This document shows positions 36,657 through 47,582 of a stretch of DNA of 64,000 nucleotides, piece after piece. The stretch comes from Nitrospira sp. Lineage in GTDB: Bacteria > Nitrospirota > Nitrospiria > Nitrospirales > Nitrospiraceae. The translations under genes and the position numbers were made by a program. The notes below the pieces were generated by a model. That model made no database searches and was not told the DNA's origin. It was given only the letters and a program-made list of their open reading frames with translations. The DNA is taken from contig AP038806.1 of NCBI GenBank assembly GCA_047150005.1, forward strand, positions 1,920,001 through 1,984,000, in the 5' to 3' direction. How positions within the stretch are numbered: the first letter of the stretch is position 1; every line of letters starts with the position of its first letter.

Positions 36657-37490
36657 ATGCTCACTCGGTCGGAAACGGCGTCTATGAAGGCCTGTCCGGC
36701 GGTCCGGATGGGCCTTTTCTTTGCCCCCCTGGCTGCTCTTGCACGGATGACGGGGCGGCAGGCCGGACCACTGCTCCTGTGTGCCCTCCTGTGGACGGCC
36801 CTGGTGCCGTCCCTGTCGTCCGCCCAACATGGCGAACTGCATCATGCGGCGGTCACGGCCGGGTCGCATCATGACGGACATGCCGCTTCCTCAGATGGCT
36901 GGGAAGGCTCGCCCGCCGGGGTCGCCTATTCCGAACGGAATCACCATGTGGCGGGACTCTTTGTCGTGCTGATCGGGCTGGCGGAGTTGTGCCATGTCTC
37001 CCGGCGGGCGGTGCTGAGCTGGGCTCGCTTCGTGACGCCGGCTGCCATGCTCACCACCGGCCTGTTTTTAATGATTTGGAGCGACCACGAAGCCTGGCCG
37101 ATCGGCTCCCTGACCTTCGCCCAATCATTCTTTGGGCAGGAGTCCGAGATCGTCCAGCACAAGGTATTCGGGCTGGCCTCGTTGACGGTCGGCTGGATTG
37201 AGCTGATTCGACGACTTGGCGGACTGCGCCCAGCCTGGTGGATGGCCCCGTTTCCGCTGATGGCGATTATCGGCGGCCTGATGCTGTTCGCCCATTCCCA
37301 TGGCGACCACCCATCCGGGGATAAAATCGCGCTGCATCATGCCATTATGGGGACGATGGCCGTGACGGCCGGGTCGAGCAAACTGCTGTCTGGTTGGGTG
37401 AAGGAGCAACGGATCCCGTCACGATGGGAGCTCATCTGGGCCTGCCTGATTGTGGTCATCGGCGCGCAGTTACTCATCTATTCTGAATAG
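36657..37490 (+). CDS. His-rich multi-pass membrane protein
   Basis: About six hydrophobic helices with His at their ends (NHH, QHK, HSH, HH). Start uncertain. Confidence 0.65.
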   Translation: MLTRSETASMKACPAVRMGLFFAPLAALARMTGRQAGPLLLCALLWTALVPSLSSAQHGELHHAAVTAGSHHDGHAASSDGWEGSPAGVAYSERNHHVAGLFVVLIGLAELCHVSRRAVLSWARFVTPAAMLTTGLFLMIWSDHEAWPIGSLTFAQSFFGQESEIVQHKVFGLASLTVGWIELIRRLGGLRPAWWMAPFPLMAIIGGLMLFAHSHGDHPSGDKIALHHAIMGTMAVTAGSSKLLSGWVKEQRIPSRWELIWACLIVVIGAQLLIYSE

Positions 37491-37632
37491 CCCTCGGGTC
37501 GAACCGGCGGTGCACGGCGGCGCCCTCGTAATTGACACCCTTCCGAACCCTGTGCTACCTGTACCGAATCACCGCAAAGGAGAATCTCTGTACCAGACAG
37601 TCGAATTCGGGATCGACTGAGGAGAGGTATTT

Positions 37633-38391
37633 ATGGGCGGCCATAGTCATTGGGCTACGATCAAACGCCACAAATCGGCTCAGGATGCGAAACGCGGCAA
37701 GATCTTTACTCGGATCATCCGGGAGTTGACCATTGCGGCTCGAGGCGGAGGCGATCCAGACGGCAATCCCCGGTTGCGGCTGGCGATTGGGAAGGCCAAA
37801 GAAGCGAATATGCCCGGCGACACGATGAAGAAGGCCATTCAGCGCGGCACGGGGGAGCTCCCCGGAGTCTCCTATGAAGAATTTACCCTCGAAGGGTACG
37901 GTCCCGGGGGAACGGCCCTGCTGCTCGAAATCACCAGCGACAACCGCAATCGTACGGTGGCCGAGATCCGTAGCCTGTTCACCAAGAACCACGGCAACAT
38001 GGCGGAAGCCGGCGCAGTGGCCTGGCAGTTCCACAAGAAGGGGCTGTTGACCATCGACAAAGGCAAGATCGAGGAAGACGCCTTGCTGTCGCTGGCGTTG
38101 GATGCCGGAGCGGAGGATGTGAAGTCCGGTGAGAAGAGCTTCGAGGTCGTCACCAACCCCCACGACTTCGAGACCGTCAAAAAAGCCTTGGCGGACGCGA
38201 AGGTCGATACGTCTCTTGCGGAGCTCACGTTCGTCCCGCAGAATACGATCCGACTCGAGGAAAAAGACGCGGAACAGATGCTCAAGCTCATGGAAGTCAT
38301 GGACGAACATGACGACGTCCAGAAGGTGCACGCCAACTTCGACATTCCGGATGACGTGATGGAAAAAGTTGCCGCTGCCGCGACCGGGTAG
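37633..38391 (+). CDS. yebC: YebC/PmpR family protein
   Basis: MGGHSHWATIKRHK, NPRLRLAI, EGYGPGG, DNRNRT. Confidence 0.95.
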   Translation: MGGHSHWATIKRHKSAQDAKRGKIFTRIIRELTIAARGGGDPDGNPRLRLAIGKAKEANMPGDTMKKAIQRGTGELPGVSYEEFTLEGYGPGGTALLLEITSDNRNRTVAEIRSLFTKNHGNMAEAGAVAWQFHKKGLLTIDKGKIEEDALLSLALDAGAEDVKSGEKSFEVVTNPHDFETVKKALADAKVDTSLAELTFVPQNTIRLEEKDAEQMLKLMEVMDEHDDVQKVHANFDIPDDVMEKVAAAATG

Positions 38392-38437
38392 CCGCCGGCT
38401 GGATCTCTTCTGCTCCGGAGCGTCACACGACGGATTC

Positions 38438-39046
38438 ATGATCGCCTCACTGACAGGCCGATTGGCCTTCAAGGCGCCGACGCATCTGACCCTTGATGTA
38501 CAGGGGGTCGGGTATGACGTTCTGATTCCGCTCAGCACGTATTATGGTCTGCCTGACCTGAATGCCGCGCTCTCTTTGAACATTCACACCCACGTACGCG
38601 AGGACGCGATCCAACTGTTCGGCTTCAGCAGCCGGCAGGAGAAGGAGGCGTTTCTGTTGCTGACGACGGTGTCCGGCGTCGGCCCGAAGACCGCGCTAGG
38701 GATTCTCTCCGCGTTGCCGGTGGCCGATCTGGTGTCGGCTATCCACGCAAGCGACGTGGAAAAGCTCGAAACCATCCCGGGCATCGGGAAGAAATCCGCG
38801 GGACGTCTCATACTGGAGCTGAAGGATAAGTTGGGCAAGCTGCATCCGGGCTTGGCCGCCGCCGGGCAGAGCTCCGGGAATGCGCACGAGAGCCTCGTTG
38901 AAGATGCACTGTCGGCGCTGACGAATCTCGGCTATCGACTGCCGGACGCGAGAGAGGCGCTGAAACGAGTTCGACAAGAACGACCGGCGACGCTCAGTCT
39001 GCAGGAGCTCATTCGCCATTCGCTGAAGGAAATGGCCAGGGGGTAG
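38438..39046 (+). CDS. ruvA: Holliday junction branch migration protein RuvA
   Basis: MIASLTG, GVGY, VREDAIQLFGF, VSGVGPK, IPGIGKKSA. Confidence 0.96.
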   Translation: MIASLTGRLAFKAPTHLTLDVQGVGYDVLIPLSTYYGLPDLNAALSLNIHTHVREDAIQLFGFSSRQEKEAFLLLTTVSGVGPKTALGILSALPVADLVSAIHASDVEKLETIPGIGKKSAGRLILELKDKLGKLHPGLAAAGQSSGNAHESLVEDALSALTNLGYRLPDAREALKRVRQERPATLSLQELIRHSLKEMARG

Positions 39047-39048
39047 TG

Positions 39049-39546
39049 ATGCCAATCATGAGTGATCGTCCGACGGGGGGAGGCCTCTGTGTCCTGATCG
39101 TCGCGGGTCTGTTCCTCACGCTCCCGAGCCTTGCGCCGGCCGACAATGCCGGCACGGAACCGAAGAGCATCAGGAAGACATGTGGACAATGCCCGGACGG
39201 CTACGCCGTAACCGGGATGACGGAGGCTCCGTCCATTTGCAAAGACGGGAACCCCACGCTGGTGGAATGCATCCCCTTGGGAGCCAATCTGCTGCCGGTC
39301 TGCGGGGCCTGTCCCGACGGTTATCAAGAGATCGGCCGCTCGTCCGTGCCGTCCCGCTGCGGCAATCAAGACGGCGGAAAACTCAGTCAATGTCAGCTGC
39401 AGAAATTCGAATCGAATTTGCCGGATCCGACACAAGGGAGAAGGACCTGTCCTCCCGATTGCGGAAGCACGGCGACGCCGGGTCAGGGGGCTATGCCACC
39501 TCCGGCCAAATACCTGCCGACGCCGGAACAGCCATCGGGACAATGA
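39049..39546 (+). CDS. Secreted cysteine-rich hypothetical protein
   Basis: Signal peptide; two CGxCPDGY repeats; fills the ruvA-ruvB gap. Confidence 0.7.
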   Translation: MPIMSDRPTGGGLCVLIVAGLFLTLPSLAPADNAGTEPKSIRKTCGQCPDGYAVTGMTEAPSICKDGNPTLVECIPLGANLLPVCGACPDGYQEIGRSSVPSRCGNQDGGKLSQCQLQKFESNLPDPTQGRRTCPPDCGSTATPGQGAMPPPAKYLPTPEQPSGQ

Positions 39547-39571
39547 GTCAACACAGGCGACAACGAGCACG

Positions 39572-40579
39572 ATGATGCCGCAACGGGTTGTGAGTCCGCA
39601 ATTGACCGACGAAGAGCGAAACATGGAGACCGTGCTTCGTCCACAGTCCCTGGAGGAATACATTGGGCAGTCTCGCATGAAGGAATCTCTCAGGATTTGC
39701 ATCGAGGCGGCCAGACAGCGCCGCGAGCCGCTGGATCACACGATTTTCTACGGCCCCCCGGGCTTGGGTAAGACCACGATCGCCCACATCATCGCCCGTG
39801 AAATGGGCGGGACGCTCCAGGCCACCTCCGGCCTGGTGCTCGCCCATGCCGGTGATCTGGCGGCCGTGCTCACGAATCTTCAGGAACATGACGTCCTGTT
39901 TATCGACGAAATTCATCGGCTGCCTGCCGCAGTGGAGGAAGCCCTCTATCCAGCCATGGAGGATTTTCAACTGGATTTAGTCGTCGGCCAGGGACCTGCA
40001 GCCCGTACGGTCAAGCTCGACCTCCCCAGGTTCACGCTGGTGGGAGCCACGACCAAGGCTGGTGCATTGACCTCTCCCCTGCGCGATCGGTTCGGGTTGG
40101 TGTACCGCCTTGATTTTTATACAGCGGGCGAGCTGCAGTTGATCGTGACGCGGTCGGCGGGCCTGCTGAATATTCCCATCGAACCGGCCGGAGCGGACGA
40201 GATCGCCGCGCGCGCGCGTGGAACCCCCCGGATCGTCAATCGTCTGGTCAAACGCGTCCGCGATTATGCGCAAGTCAAAGCCGACGGTCGGATTACGCTG
40301 GCTGTGGCCCAGGAAGCGCTGAGCTGGCTTGGTGTGGACGCGGCGGGTTTCGATGAGATGGACCGGAAGATCCTCCTGACGATCATCGAGAAATTCGGTG
40401 GAGGGCCGGTGGGAGTCGAGTCCCTGGCTGCGGCCGTGCAGGAAGACAGGAGCACCCTTGAGGACGTGCATGAGCCCTATCTGATCCAGGCCGGCTACCT
40501 CGAGCGAACGGGGCGTGGTCGACAGGCCAGCAAGCTGGCGCACGATCATTTCAATAAGCCGTCCAACCTACTGCTGTAA
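39572..40579 (+). CDS. ruvB: Holliday junction helicase RuvB
   Basis: [42 protein letters not shown]. Confidence 0.97.
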   Translation: MMPQRVVSPQLTDEERNMETVLRPQSLEEYIGQSRMKESLRICIEAARQRREPLDHTIFYGPPGLGKTTIAHIIAREMGGTLQATSGLVLAHAGDLAAVLTNLQEHDVLFIDEIHRLPAAVEEALYPAMEDFQLDLVVGQGPAARTVKLDLPRFTLVGATTKAGALTSPLRDRFGLVYRLDFYTAGELQLIVTRSAGLLNIPIEPAGADEIAARARGTPRIVNRLVKRVRDYAQVKADGRITLAVAQEALSWLGVDAAGFDEMDRKILLTIIEKFGGGPVGVESLAAAVQEDRSTLEDVHEPYLIQAGYLERTGRGRQASKLAHDHFNKPSNLLL

Positions 40580-40778
40580 TTCCTGACAGGAACTCCTTCA
40601 CGCCAACTCATCCTCGGTATAAGAACATCACGTTGGCCTGTTCCCATAAATACCTGAAAGTCCTAGCGTCTCCTTGCATTTTCTGATCAGAATCCTGTAT
40701 TATTTCGCGATTGCTCTCACCTGTTCTGCTTCTGGACGTTCGTCCAACTCATGAGGCACGGGTGGAGGGGGACGATGC

Positions 40779-41855
40779 ATGTCCGGAGATCTCTCCGAAC
40801 ACCGGAAAGAGATTGATCGAATCGACGACGAGATCCTTCGTCTCCTCAACATTCGGTCGAAGAGCGTCATTGAGATCGGCAAGCTGAAGAAACAACAGAA
40901 CGCCGATGCTAATCTCCACACGCCCGCTCGCGAGGCCGCGATCATCGAGCGGCTGGTGGCCCAAAACACCGGTCCATTTCCATCCGACGGGATCCGGCCC
41001 GTGTACCGGGAAATCATGTCTGCGTCTTTATCCCTGGAAGGCCCTCAGAAGGTCGCCTATCTGGGACCGCGGGCGACTTTTACCCACATGGCCTGTATGC
41101 AGAAATTCGGGTCCTCCGCCCAGTACATCCCTGTCCACAGCATCAAAGAGGTCTTCAGCGAAGTGGAACGTGGACGGGCGAATTTCGGGGTGGTACCGAT
41201 CGAGAATACGACGGAAGGTGTCGTGAATCATACGCTGGACATGTTCATCGACTCGAATCTGCTGATCTACGGGGAGGTACTCCAGGAGGTGTCGCATCAT
41301 CTCCTGTCCAAATCGGGGACACCGGAAGAAATCAAGAAGATCAGCTCGCATCCGCATGCTATTGCTCAATGCCGCAATTGGCTGGAAACGCATATGCCGC
41401 ATGTGCCGGTTTCCGAGGTGGCCAGTACTGCCCGAGCCGCGGAACTCTGCCTCGAAGACCCATCCATCGCCGCGATCGCCTCGCAGTTGGCTGCCGAACT
41501 CTACGGCCTGAAGATCATCAAGTCGCGGATCGAGGACAATTTGAACAATTTTACCCGCTTTCTCGTGCTGTCCCAGAGGGCGCCGGAGCGGACCGGCAAA
41601 GACAAGACTTCGCTCATGCTCTCGATCAAGGACAAAGTGGGCGCGCTCTACGATCTCCTCCGCCCGTTTGCCTCGCACGGGATCAGCATGACCAAGATCG
41701 AATCCCGTCCGTCCAGGCGAAAAGCCTGGGAGTATATCTTCTTCGTGGATATTGAAGGCCATATCGAGGAAGATCGGGTGAAGAAGGCGGTCGAGGACAT
41801 CACCGGCCGCTGCCTCTTTATGAAGGTGTTGGGATCCTATCCCGCACATAGCTGA
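40779..41855 (+). CDS. pheA: Chorismate mutase / prephenate dehydratase
   Basis: RKEIDRID, VPIENTTEG, NFTRFLV, KIESRPSR. Confidence 0.96.
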   Translation: MSGDLSEHRKEIDRIDDEILRLLNIRSKSVIEIGKLKKQQNADANLHTPAREAAIIERLVAQNTGPFPSDGIRPVYREIMSASLSLEGPQKVAYLGPRATFTHMACMQKFGSSAQYIPVHSIKEVFSEVERGRANFGVVPIENTTEGVVNHTLDMFIDSNLLIYGEVLQEVSHHLLSKSGTPEEIKKISSHPHAIAQCRNWLETHMPHVPVSEVASTARAAELCLEDPSIAAIASQLAAELYGLKIIKSRIEDNLNNFTRFLVLSQRAPERTGKDKTSLMLSIKDKVGALYDLLRPFASHGISMTKIESRPSRRKAWEYIFFVDIEGHIEEDRVKKAVEDITGRCLFMKVLGSYPAHS

Positions 41856-41859
41856 CCCC

Positions 41860-42942
41860 ATGACCATCCAAGTCCATCCCGATATCCTGTCGTTGAGCCC
41901 CTATGTGCCGGGTAAACCCATTGAGGAGTTGCAGCGCGAGCTGGGGCTTGAGCGGGTGATCAAACTGGCTTCGAATGAGAATCCCCTCGGGCCCTCGCCG
42001 AAAGCCTTGGCTGTGCTCCATGAGGGCATGGCAACATTGCACCGATATCCCGACGGCGGCGCATTCCGCTTGCGCCAGGCCTTGGCCGATCGGTGGAAGG
42101 TGACCCCCGACCATGTGATCCTCGGCAACGGCTCCGATGAGTTGCTGGGGTTGCTGGCGCGGACGTTCCTGGCGCCGGGCGACGAAGCCGTGATGGCGGA
42201 TCAGACCTTCGTGATCTACAAGATGGAAGTGACGGCTGCGCATGGGAAAGCGGTCACGGTGCCGTTGGCTCAGTGGCGACACGATCTGGAGGCAATGGCG
42301 GCGGCCATGACTCCGCGCACCAGGCTGTTGTTCCTCTGCAACCCGAACAATCCGACCGGGACGATGGTCTCACGTGGAGAGGTTGACCGTCTGCTCTCGC
42401 GCGTACCGGAGCACGTCATCGTCGTCTTCGACGAAGCCTATTTCGAATATGTTCGGAGCGCCGACTTTCCGGATTCGATGGCCTATGTCCGGCAGGGGCG
42501 CAACGCCATCGTTCTGCGCACGTTCTCCAAGATCTATGGCTTGGCCGGCCTACGGATCGGCTACGGTATCACGACGCCGGAGATCACCAATTTGCTCAAC
42601 CGGGTCCGGCCGCCGTTCAACGCCAATAGTCTGGCGCAGCTGGCGGGCTTGGCCGCCTTGGGCGACGATGAGCACGTGGCGAAGAGTCGCGCGGTCAACG
42701 AAAGTGGTATGGAACAGATCAGGAACGGCTTGGTCGCCCTGGGGTGTACGCCGGTGCCGAGCGAGACCAATTTTCTGTATTTTGATGTGAGATGCGACGG
42801 CCGCCGGCTCTTTGAGGCGCTGCTGCGGCAAGGCGTGATCGTTCGTCACATCGAAGGGCAAATGGTGCGCGTGACCGTCGGACAAGCGGAGGAAAACCAG
42901 ATATTCCTGAGCGCGCTCGCACGCGTCTTGAAGACGGGCTGA
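41860..42942 (+). CDS. hisC: Histidinol-phosphate aminotransferase
   Basis: KLASNENPLG, NPNNPTG, DEAY, RTFSKIYGLAGLRIGY. Confidence 0.95.
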   Translation: MTIQVHPDILSLSPYVPGKPIEELQRELGLERVIKLASNENPLGPSPKALAVLHEGMATLHRYPDGGAFRLRQALADRWKVTPDHVILGNGSDELLGLLARTFLAPGDEAVMADQTFVIYKMEVTAAHGKAVTVPLAQWRHDLEAMAAAMTPRTRLLFLCNPNNPTGTMVSRGEVDRLLSRVPEHVIVVFDEAYFEYVRSADFPDSMAYVRQGRNAIVLRTFSKIYGLAGLRIGYGITTPEITNLLNRVRPPFNANSLAQLAGLAALGDDEHVAKSRAVNESGMEQIRNGLVALGCTPVPSETNFLYFDVRCDGRRLFEALLRQGVIVRHIEGQMVRVTVGQAEENQIFLSALARVLKTG

Positions 42943-42960
42943 TTAACACGTGGGGGACCT

Positions 42961-43974
42961 ATGATCATCGTCTTGAGGCCGGACGCATCGGAACGCGAGG
43001 TCGATCACATCGTCGATCGACTTCGGGAATTGGGGCTGAAATCGCAATTGTCGACCGGACAGGAGCGGACCATCATCGGTGTGATCGGCGATGACCGCAT
43101 CCTGCAGAATCAACCGCTGACGGCGCTGCCCGGCGTCGAGAGCGTGCTGCCCATTCTGGCCCCCTGGAAGCTCGTGAGCCGGGAGTTCAAGAAGGACGGT
43201 ACCGTGATCGACGTGGGCGGCGTCAAGATTGGCGGCAACAAGCTCGCGATCATGGCGGGGCCCTGCGCGGTGGAGCGTCTTGAGTTGACGGTCGGGATCG
43301 CGCACGAGGTCAAGGCTGCCGGCGCCAGCATCCTGCGCGGTGGCGCCTACAAGCCGCGGACGTCGCCGTATTCGTTCCAGGGCTTGGGTCGCGAGGGGCT
43401 GGACTACTTGATCGAAGCGCGGAAACAGACGGGGCTGCCGGTCGTGAGCGAGATTTTGGATACCAGAGACATCGAACTCTTTCTGGAAAAGGCCGATATC
43501 ATTCAGATCGGCGCCCGGAACATGCAGAACTTCGAGTTGCTGAAGGAAGTCGGAGCCTATGATAAGCCGGTGCTCCTGAAACGCGGCCTGTCGGCGACAA
43601 TCAAGGAGTTTCTCTTGTCGGCCGAGTACATCATGTCGCGTGGGAACCGCAATGTCATGCTGTGCGAACGAGGCATCAGAACATTCGAGACCCAATACCG
43701 CAATACGCTCGATCTGGCCGCGATTCCGACCCTGAAGGAATTGTCGCATCTGCCGGTCATCGTCGATCCGAGCCACGCGACGGGCAAATGGAATCTTGTG
43801 GCGCCGATGTCCAAGGCCGCAGTGGCGGCCGGTGCCGACGGAATCCTCATCGAGGTGCATTCCAACCCGGAGTGCGCGCTTTGCGACGGCGAGGAGTCGA
43901 TCAAGCCGACCAAGTTCAAAGAGTTGATGCAGGACATGCGAAAAATCGCCGTTGCGGTCGGCCGTGAGCTGTAG
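42961..43974 (+). CDS. aroF: DAHP synthase (type I-beta)
   Basis: AGPCAVE, KPRTSPYSFQG, IGARNMQN, LCERGIR, VDPSH. Confidence 0.95.
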   Translation: MIIVLRPDASEREVDHIVDRLRELGLKSQLSTGQERTIIGVIGDDRILQNQPLTALPGVESVLPILAPWKLVSREFKKDGTVIDVGGVKIGGNKLAIMAGPCAVERLELTVGIAHEVKAAGASILRGGAYKPRTSPYSFQGLGREGLDYLIEARKQTGLPVVSEILDTRDIELFLEKADIIQIGARNMQNFELLKEVGAYDKPVLLKRGLSATIKEFLLSAEYIMSRGNRNVMLCERGIRTFETQYRNTLDLAAIPTLKELSHLPVIVDPSHATGKWNLVAPMSKAAVAAGADGILIEVHSNPECALCDGEESIKPTKFKELMQDMRKIAVAVGREL

Positions 43975-43978
43975 GTCC

Positions 43979-44875
43979 ATGGCGCTTCATTTTTCACGGG
44001 TTGCGATCATCGGAGTCGGATTGATCGGCGGATCTCTGGGCATGATCCTTCGCAGGAAGGGATTGGCCGGTAGCGTCGTCGGTGTCGGCCGGCGCGTCGA
44101 GAATCTCAAGACGGCCGTTCAGATGGGCGCCATCGATCGCTACGTCGTCGATCCGAAGGATGGGGTTGCCGAGGCCGATGTGGTCGTATTGGCCACGCCG
44201 GTTGATACGTATGAGCGGCACCTGTCGGAGTGGGCGCTCTGCCTGAAGCCGAACGCCATCGTGACCGACGTGGGCAGCGTCAAGGGGGCCCTGGTGGAAC
44301 AGGCGGAACGGGTCTTGCCGCCGGGAGTTCGTTTTGTGGGCGCGCATCCGATCGCAGGCAAAGAGAAGACCGGCGTCGCGGCGGGGTCCGATCGTCTGTT
44401 CGCAGGGGCTCGGTGCATTCTGACCCCGACGTCCAAGACGGACCAGCAGGCGCTGGAGCAGATCAAGGCCATGTGGCAGGAGACCGGCGCGACCGTTCTG
44501 ACTATGGATCCCCATCTGCACGATCAGATCCTCGGCGCAGTCAGCCATCTGCCGCACGTCGCGGCGTTTGCCTTGATGGATGCCCTGATCGAGATTCGGA
44601 GCCGAGTGCCGGGGCTCGATCTGGCCGGTCATTCCGGTGGCGGATTGCGGGATACGACGAGAATCGCCGCGAGTTCCCCGGAGATGTGGCGGGACATTTT
44701 TCTATGGAATCGCGACAACATCGTCACGTTCATTGAAAGCTATGAAGATGCCTTGGGACGGTTGAAAGAGCTGATTCGCGCTGGCGACGCCGCCGGCATC
44801 GAGAAGGCACTGGAACGGGCCAAGCAGGAGCGGGAGCGTTTCCCGGCCCCCGGCGCCGTGGCTCCATCCCCATGA
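43979..44875 (+). CDS. tyrA: Prephenate dehydrogenase
   Basis: GVGLIGGS, DVGSVK, HPIAG, SHLPH, RDTTRIAASSP. Confidence 0.94.
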   Translation: MALHFSRVAIIGVGLIGGSLGMILRRKGLAGSVVGVGRRVENLKTAVQMGAIDRYVVDPKDGVAEADVVVLATPVDTYERHLSEWALCLKPNAIVTDVGSVKGALVEQAERVLPPGVRFVGAHPIAGKEKTGVAAGSDRLFAGARCILTPTSKTDQQALEQIKAMWQETGATVLTMDPHLHDQILGAVSHLPHVAAFALMDALIEIRSRVPGLDLAGHSGGGLRDTTRIAASSPEMWRDIFLWNRDNIVTFIESYEDALGRLKELIRAGDAAGIEKALERAKQERERFPAPGAVAPSP

Positions 44876-46194
44876 CGACACTCACGGTAAAAGCAGGTCC
44901 TCCGCTCCGAGGCACGATCGCGGTCCCGGGGGACAAGTCGATTACGCATCGTGCGATCATTCTGACCGCGTTGGCCGAGGGCGCAGGTACGATTCGAGAT
45001 TATTGTCGCGGCGAGGATTGTCTCAACACCATGCGGGCGCTGCAGTCGCTCGGGGTCAAGATCGAGGAGACGCCGGAAACGCTTCACGTGCAGGGCAAGG
45101 GGCTCTGGGGCCTGACGGAACCGGGCGGCGTCATCGATTGCGGAAATTCGGGGACCGGGATCCGTCTGCTGGCCGGTTTGTTGGCGGGGCAGGATTTCTT
45201 TACGGTGCTGACGGGCGACGCATCGGTCCGACGACGTCCGATGGGACGCATCGTCAAGCCGCTCCGCGACATGGGCGCCACGATCGCAGGCCGAAAGGGA
45301 GGAGAGCTGGCGCCTCTGGCGGTCACGGGGGGCAAGCTGAGAGGTATCACGTATGCCTCGCCTGTCGCCAGCGCCCAGGTCAAATCTTCGTTGTTGCTTG
45401 CCGCCCTGTTTGCGCAAGGCACGACGCGGATTACGGAGCCGAGAGTCTCCCGAGACCATACGGAGCGCATGTGCCGGTTTTTCGGTGTTCCCCTCAAACA
45501 AGAGGGAACGACGCTGATCGTGGAGGGACGTCCGTCGGTGGGGTGGACCGCGGTTCCAGTCCTCACGGTACCGGGCGATCTGTCCGCCGCGGCGTTTTTC
45601 ATCGTCGGTGCGAGCATCGTTCCGGGCTCGGATGTGCTGTTCACGGGGATCGGAGTGAATCCGACCAGGTCCGGGATCTTGGAGATTCTCACCCGCATGG
45701 GCGCCGACATCCAGTTGCTGCGGCAGAGAGAGGAAGCCGGTGAACCGGTTGCGGACATCAGAGTGAAGGCGGCGCCTTTGCGTGGGGTGACGATCGGACC
45801 TGAGTCCATCCCTCAAACGATCGATGAGTTTCCGATTCTCTTCGTGGCGGCCGCCGTGGCGGAAGGGGAAACGATCATTACTGGAGCCGAAGAGCTGCGC
45901 GTGAAGGAGAGCGACCGGATCGCCGCGATGGCGGCGGAGTTGCGCCGCATGGGCACCAGAATTGCGGAGCGGCCGGACGGCGTGGTGATCCAAGGAACCG
46001 GGCGGACGGGTGAAAACGGTCGGCTTGCGGCGGCCCGAGGGCGGAGTTACGGCGATCACCGAGTGGCGATGTCGCTGGCGATCGCCGGCCTGACGGCCGA
46101 GGCCGAGACGACGATCGACGACGCGGACTGTATCGAGACGTCCTTTCCCGATTTCAGCGGACGGTTGTCGGTCCTGCGAACCGGGAGCCGATAG
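44872..46194 (+). CDS. aroA: EPSP synthase
   Basis: PGDKSITHR, GNSGT, SAQVKS, RDHTE, ELRVKESDRI, DHRVAM. Confidence 0.97.
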   Translation: MTTLTVKAGPPLRGTIAVPGDKSITHRAIILTALAEGAGTIRDYCRGEDCLNTMRALQSLGVKIEETPETLHVQGKGLWGLTEPGGVIDCGNSGTGIRLLAGLLAGQDFFTVLTGDASVRRRPMGRIVKPLRDMGATIAGRKGGELAPLAVTGGKLRGITYASPVASAQVKSSLLLAALFAQGTTRITEPRVSRDHTERMCRFFGVPLKQEGTTLIVEGRPSVGWTAVPVLTVPGDLSAAAFFIVGASIVPGSDVLFTGIGVNPTRSGILEILTRMGADIQLLRQREEAGEPVADIRVKAAPLRGVTIGPESIPQTIDEFPILFVAAAVAEGETIITGAEELRVKESDRIAAMAAELRRMGTRIAERPDGVVIQGTGRTGENGRLAAARGRSYGDHRVAMSLAIAGLTAEAETTIDDADCIETSFPDFSGRLSVLRTGSR

Positions 46195-46216
46195 GGCGCA
46201 GAAGGAGGAGCGCCGC

Positions 46217-46876
46217 ATGATCGTGGCGATCGACGGACCGGCTGGGGTGGGCAAGAGTACGGTGGCCAAGTTGTTGGCCGGGCGGCTGAAGTATCTGTAC
46301 TTGGATACAGGTGCGTTGTATCGGGCGGTGGCCTGGACGGTCCTGCAGCACGGCGTCGATATGACGGATCAGGAGGCAGTCGCGGCGTTGTTGCCCTTGA
46401 CGTCCTTGAAGATGGAGTTCGAGAACGAGATGGTTGTCGTACGCGTCAATGGAACGGATGTGACCGGGCACCTCCGAAGTCCTGCCGTGTCGGCCGCCGC
46501 CTCGGTCGTGTCGGCTATTCCGGCCGTTCGCGCCTGGCTGTTGCCGGTTCAGCGGCGCATCGGGGAGAAGGGTTCCGTCGTGGCCGAAGGGCGCGACATC
46601 GGAACCAAGGTGTTTCCTTCCGCTGGCGTAAAATTTTTTCTGGAGGCGGATGCAACGGTGCGGGCCGAGCGACGGCATCGGGAATTGGTGGCGGCCGGGC
46701 ATTCCCGGGAGATCGAACAGACCAGCGCCGAGATGGCGGGACGCGACAGCAGAGATCGGAGCCGCACGGTGGCTCCCCTGGTCCCAGCAGAGGATGCGCA
46801 CCACATCGATACCTCTAGATTGTCGGCAGCAGAGGTGGTCGATCGGATGATGGGTATCATTGCGGCAAAGTTGTGA
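46217..46876 (+). CDS. cmk: Cytidylate kinase
   Basis: IDGPAGVGKST, LDTGALYR, EGRDIGT. Confidence 0.96.
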   Translation: MIVAIDGPAGVGKSTVAKLLAGRLKYLYLDTGALYRAVAWTVLQHGVDMTDQEAVAALLPLTSLKMEFENEMVVVRVNGTDVTGHLRSPAVSAAASVVSAIPAVRAWLLPVQRRIGEKGSVVAEGRDIGTKVFPSAGVKFFLEADATVRAERRHRELVAAGHSREIEQTSAEMAGRDSRDRSRTVAPLVPAEDAHHIDTSRLSAAEVVDRMMGIIAAKL

Positions 46877-47526
46877 GTTCGGTGGTGTATTGGGTGCTCT
46901 GGGGCCTGACGAGGGTCGTCGGCTGGAGTCTTCTCGGATACCGGGTCGAGGGGACGGTTCCCCGCCGGGGCGGGATGCTAATTGCGGCGAACCACGCGAG
47001 TTATGCGGACATCCCGTTGCTCGGGTGCGGGATGTCTCGACGGGCATGGTACCTGGGGCGGAGCGATCTGTTCGTGCCCGGCGTGAAGGAGCTTCTGCAA
47101 TGGCTTGGATGGATTCCGCTGAAGCTCGGGCGATTGGATCGCCGAGCCTTTGACACAGCGGTGGGGTTGATCCAGAAGGGCAAGGTCGTGGTGATATTCC
47201 CGGAGGGGGGCCGAACCCTCACCGGACAGCTTCGGGAGGCGAAGCCGGGATTGGGCATGATCGTGGCGCAGACAGGGTGCCCGGTCGTCCCGGCGTACTT
47301 GAAGGGCACCTATGAGGTGTTGCCTCCCGGGACGACGCGCCCCCGACGTCACCTCGTGACCGTGCGGTTCGGGGAGCCGATGACGTTCGGCCGTCCTACC
47401 GACGGCGTGGACACGAAACAGTTTTATCGGCATGTGAGTCGAACAGTGATGGAAAGGATCGCGGCGCTCGGAGGGGTGGAACCTCCGGGCCATGGTCCGG
47501 CAGCCGGAGCGCGCCAGGCTGAGTGA
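46873..47526 (+). CDS. plsC: 1-acyl-sn-glycerol-3-phosphate acyltransferase
   Basis: NHASYAD, IFPEGGR. Confidence 0.88.
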   Translation: MSSVVYWVLWGLTRVVGWSLLGYRVEGTVPRRGGMLIAANHASYADIPLLGCGMSRRAWYLGRSDLFVPGVKELLQWLGWIPLKLGRLDRRAFDTAVGLIQKGKVVVIFPEGGRTLTGQLREAKPGLGMIVAQTGCPVVPAYLKGTYEVLPPGTTRPRRHLVTVRFGEPMTFGRPTDGVDTKQFYRHVSRTVMERIAALGGVEPPGHGPAAGARQAE

Positions 47527-47582
47527 GCTCCGGTGATTATGCATATCAGCACCGACGGTCGTCGGGAGAGTAGGATAGACCC

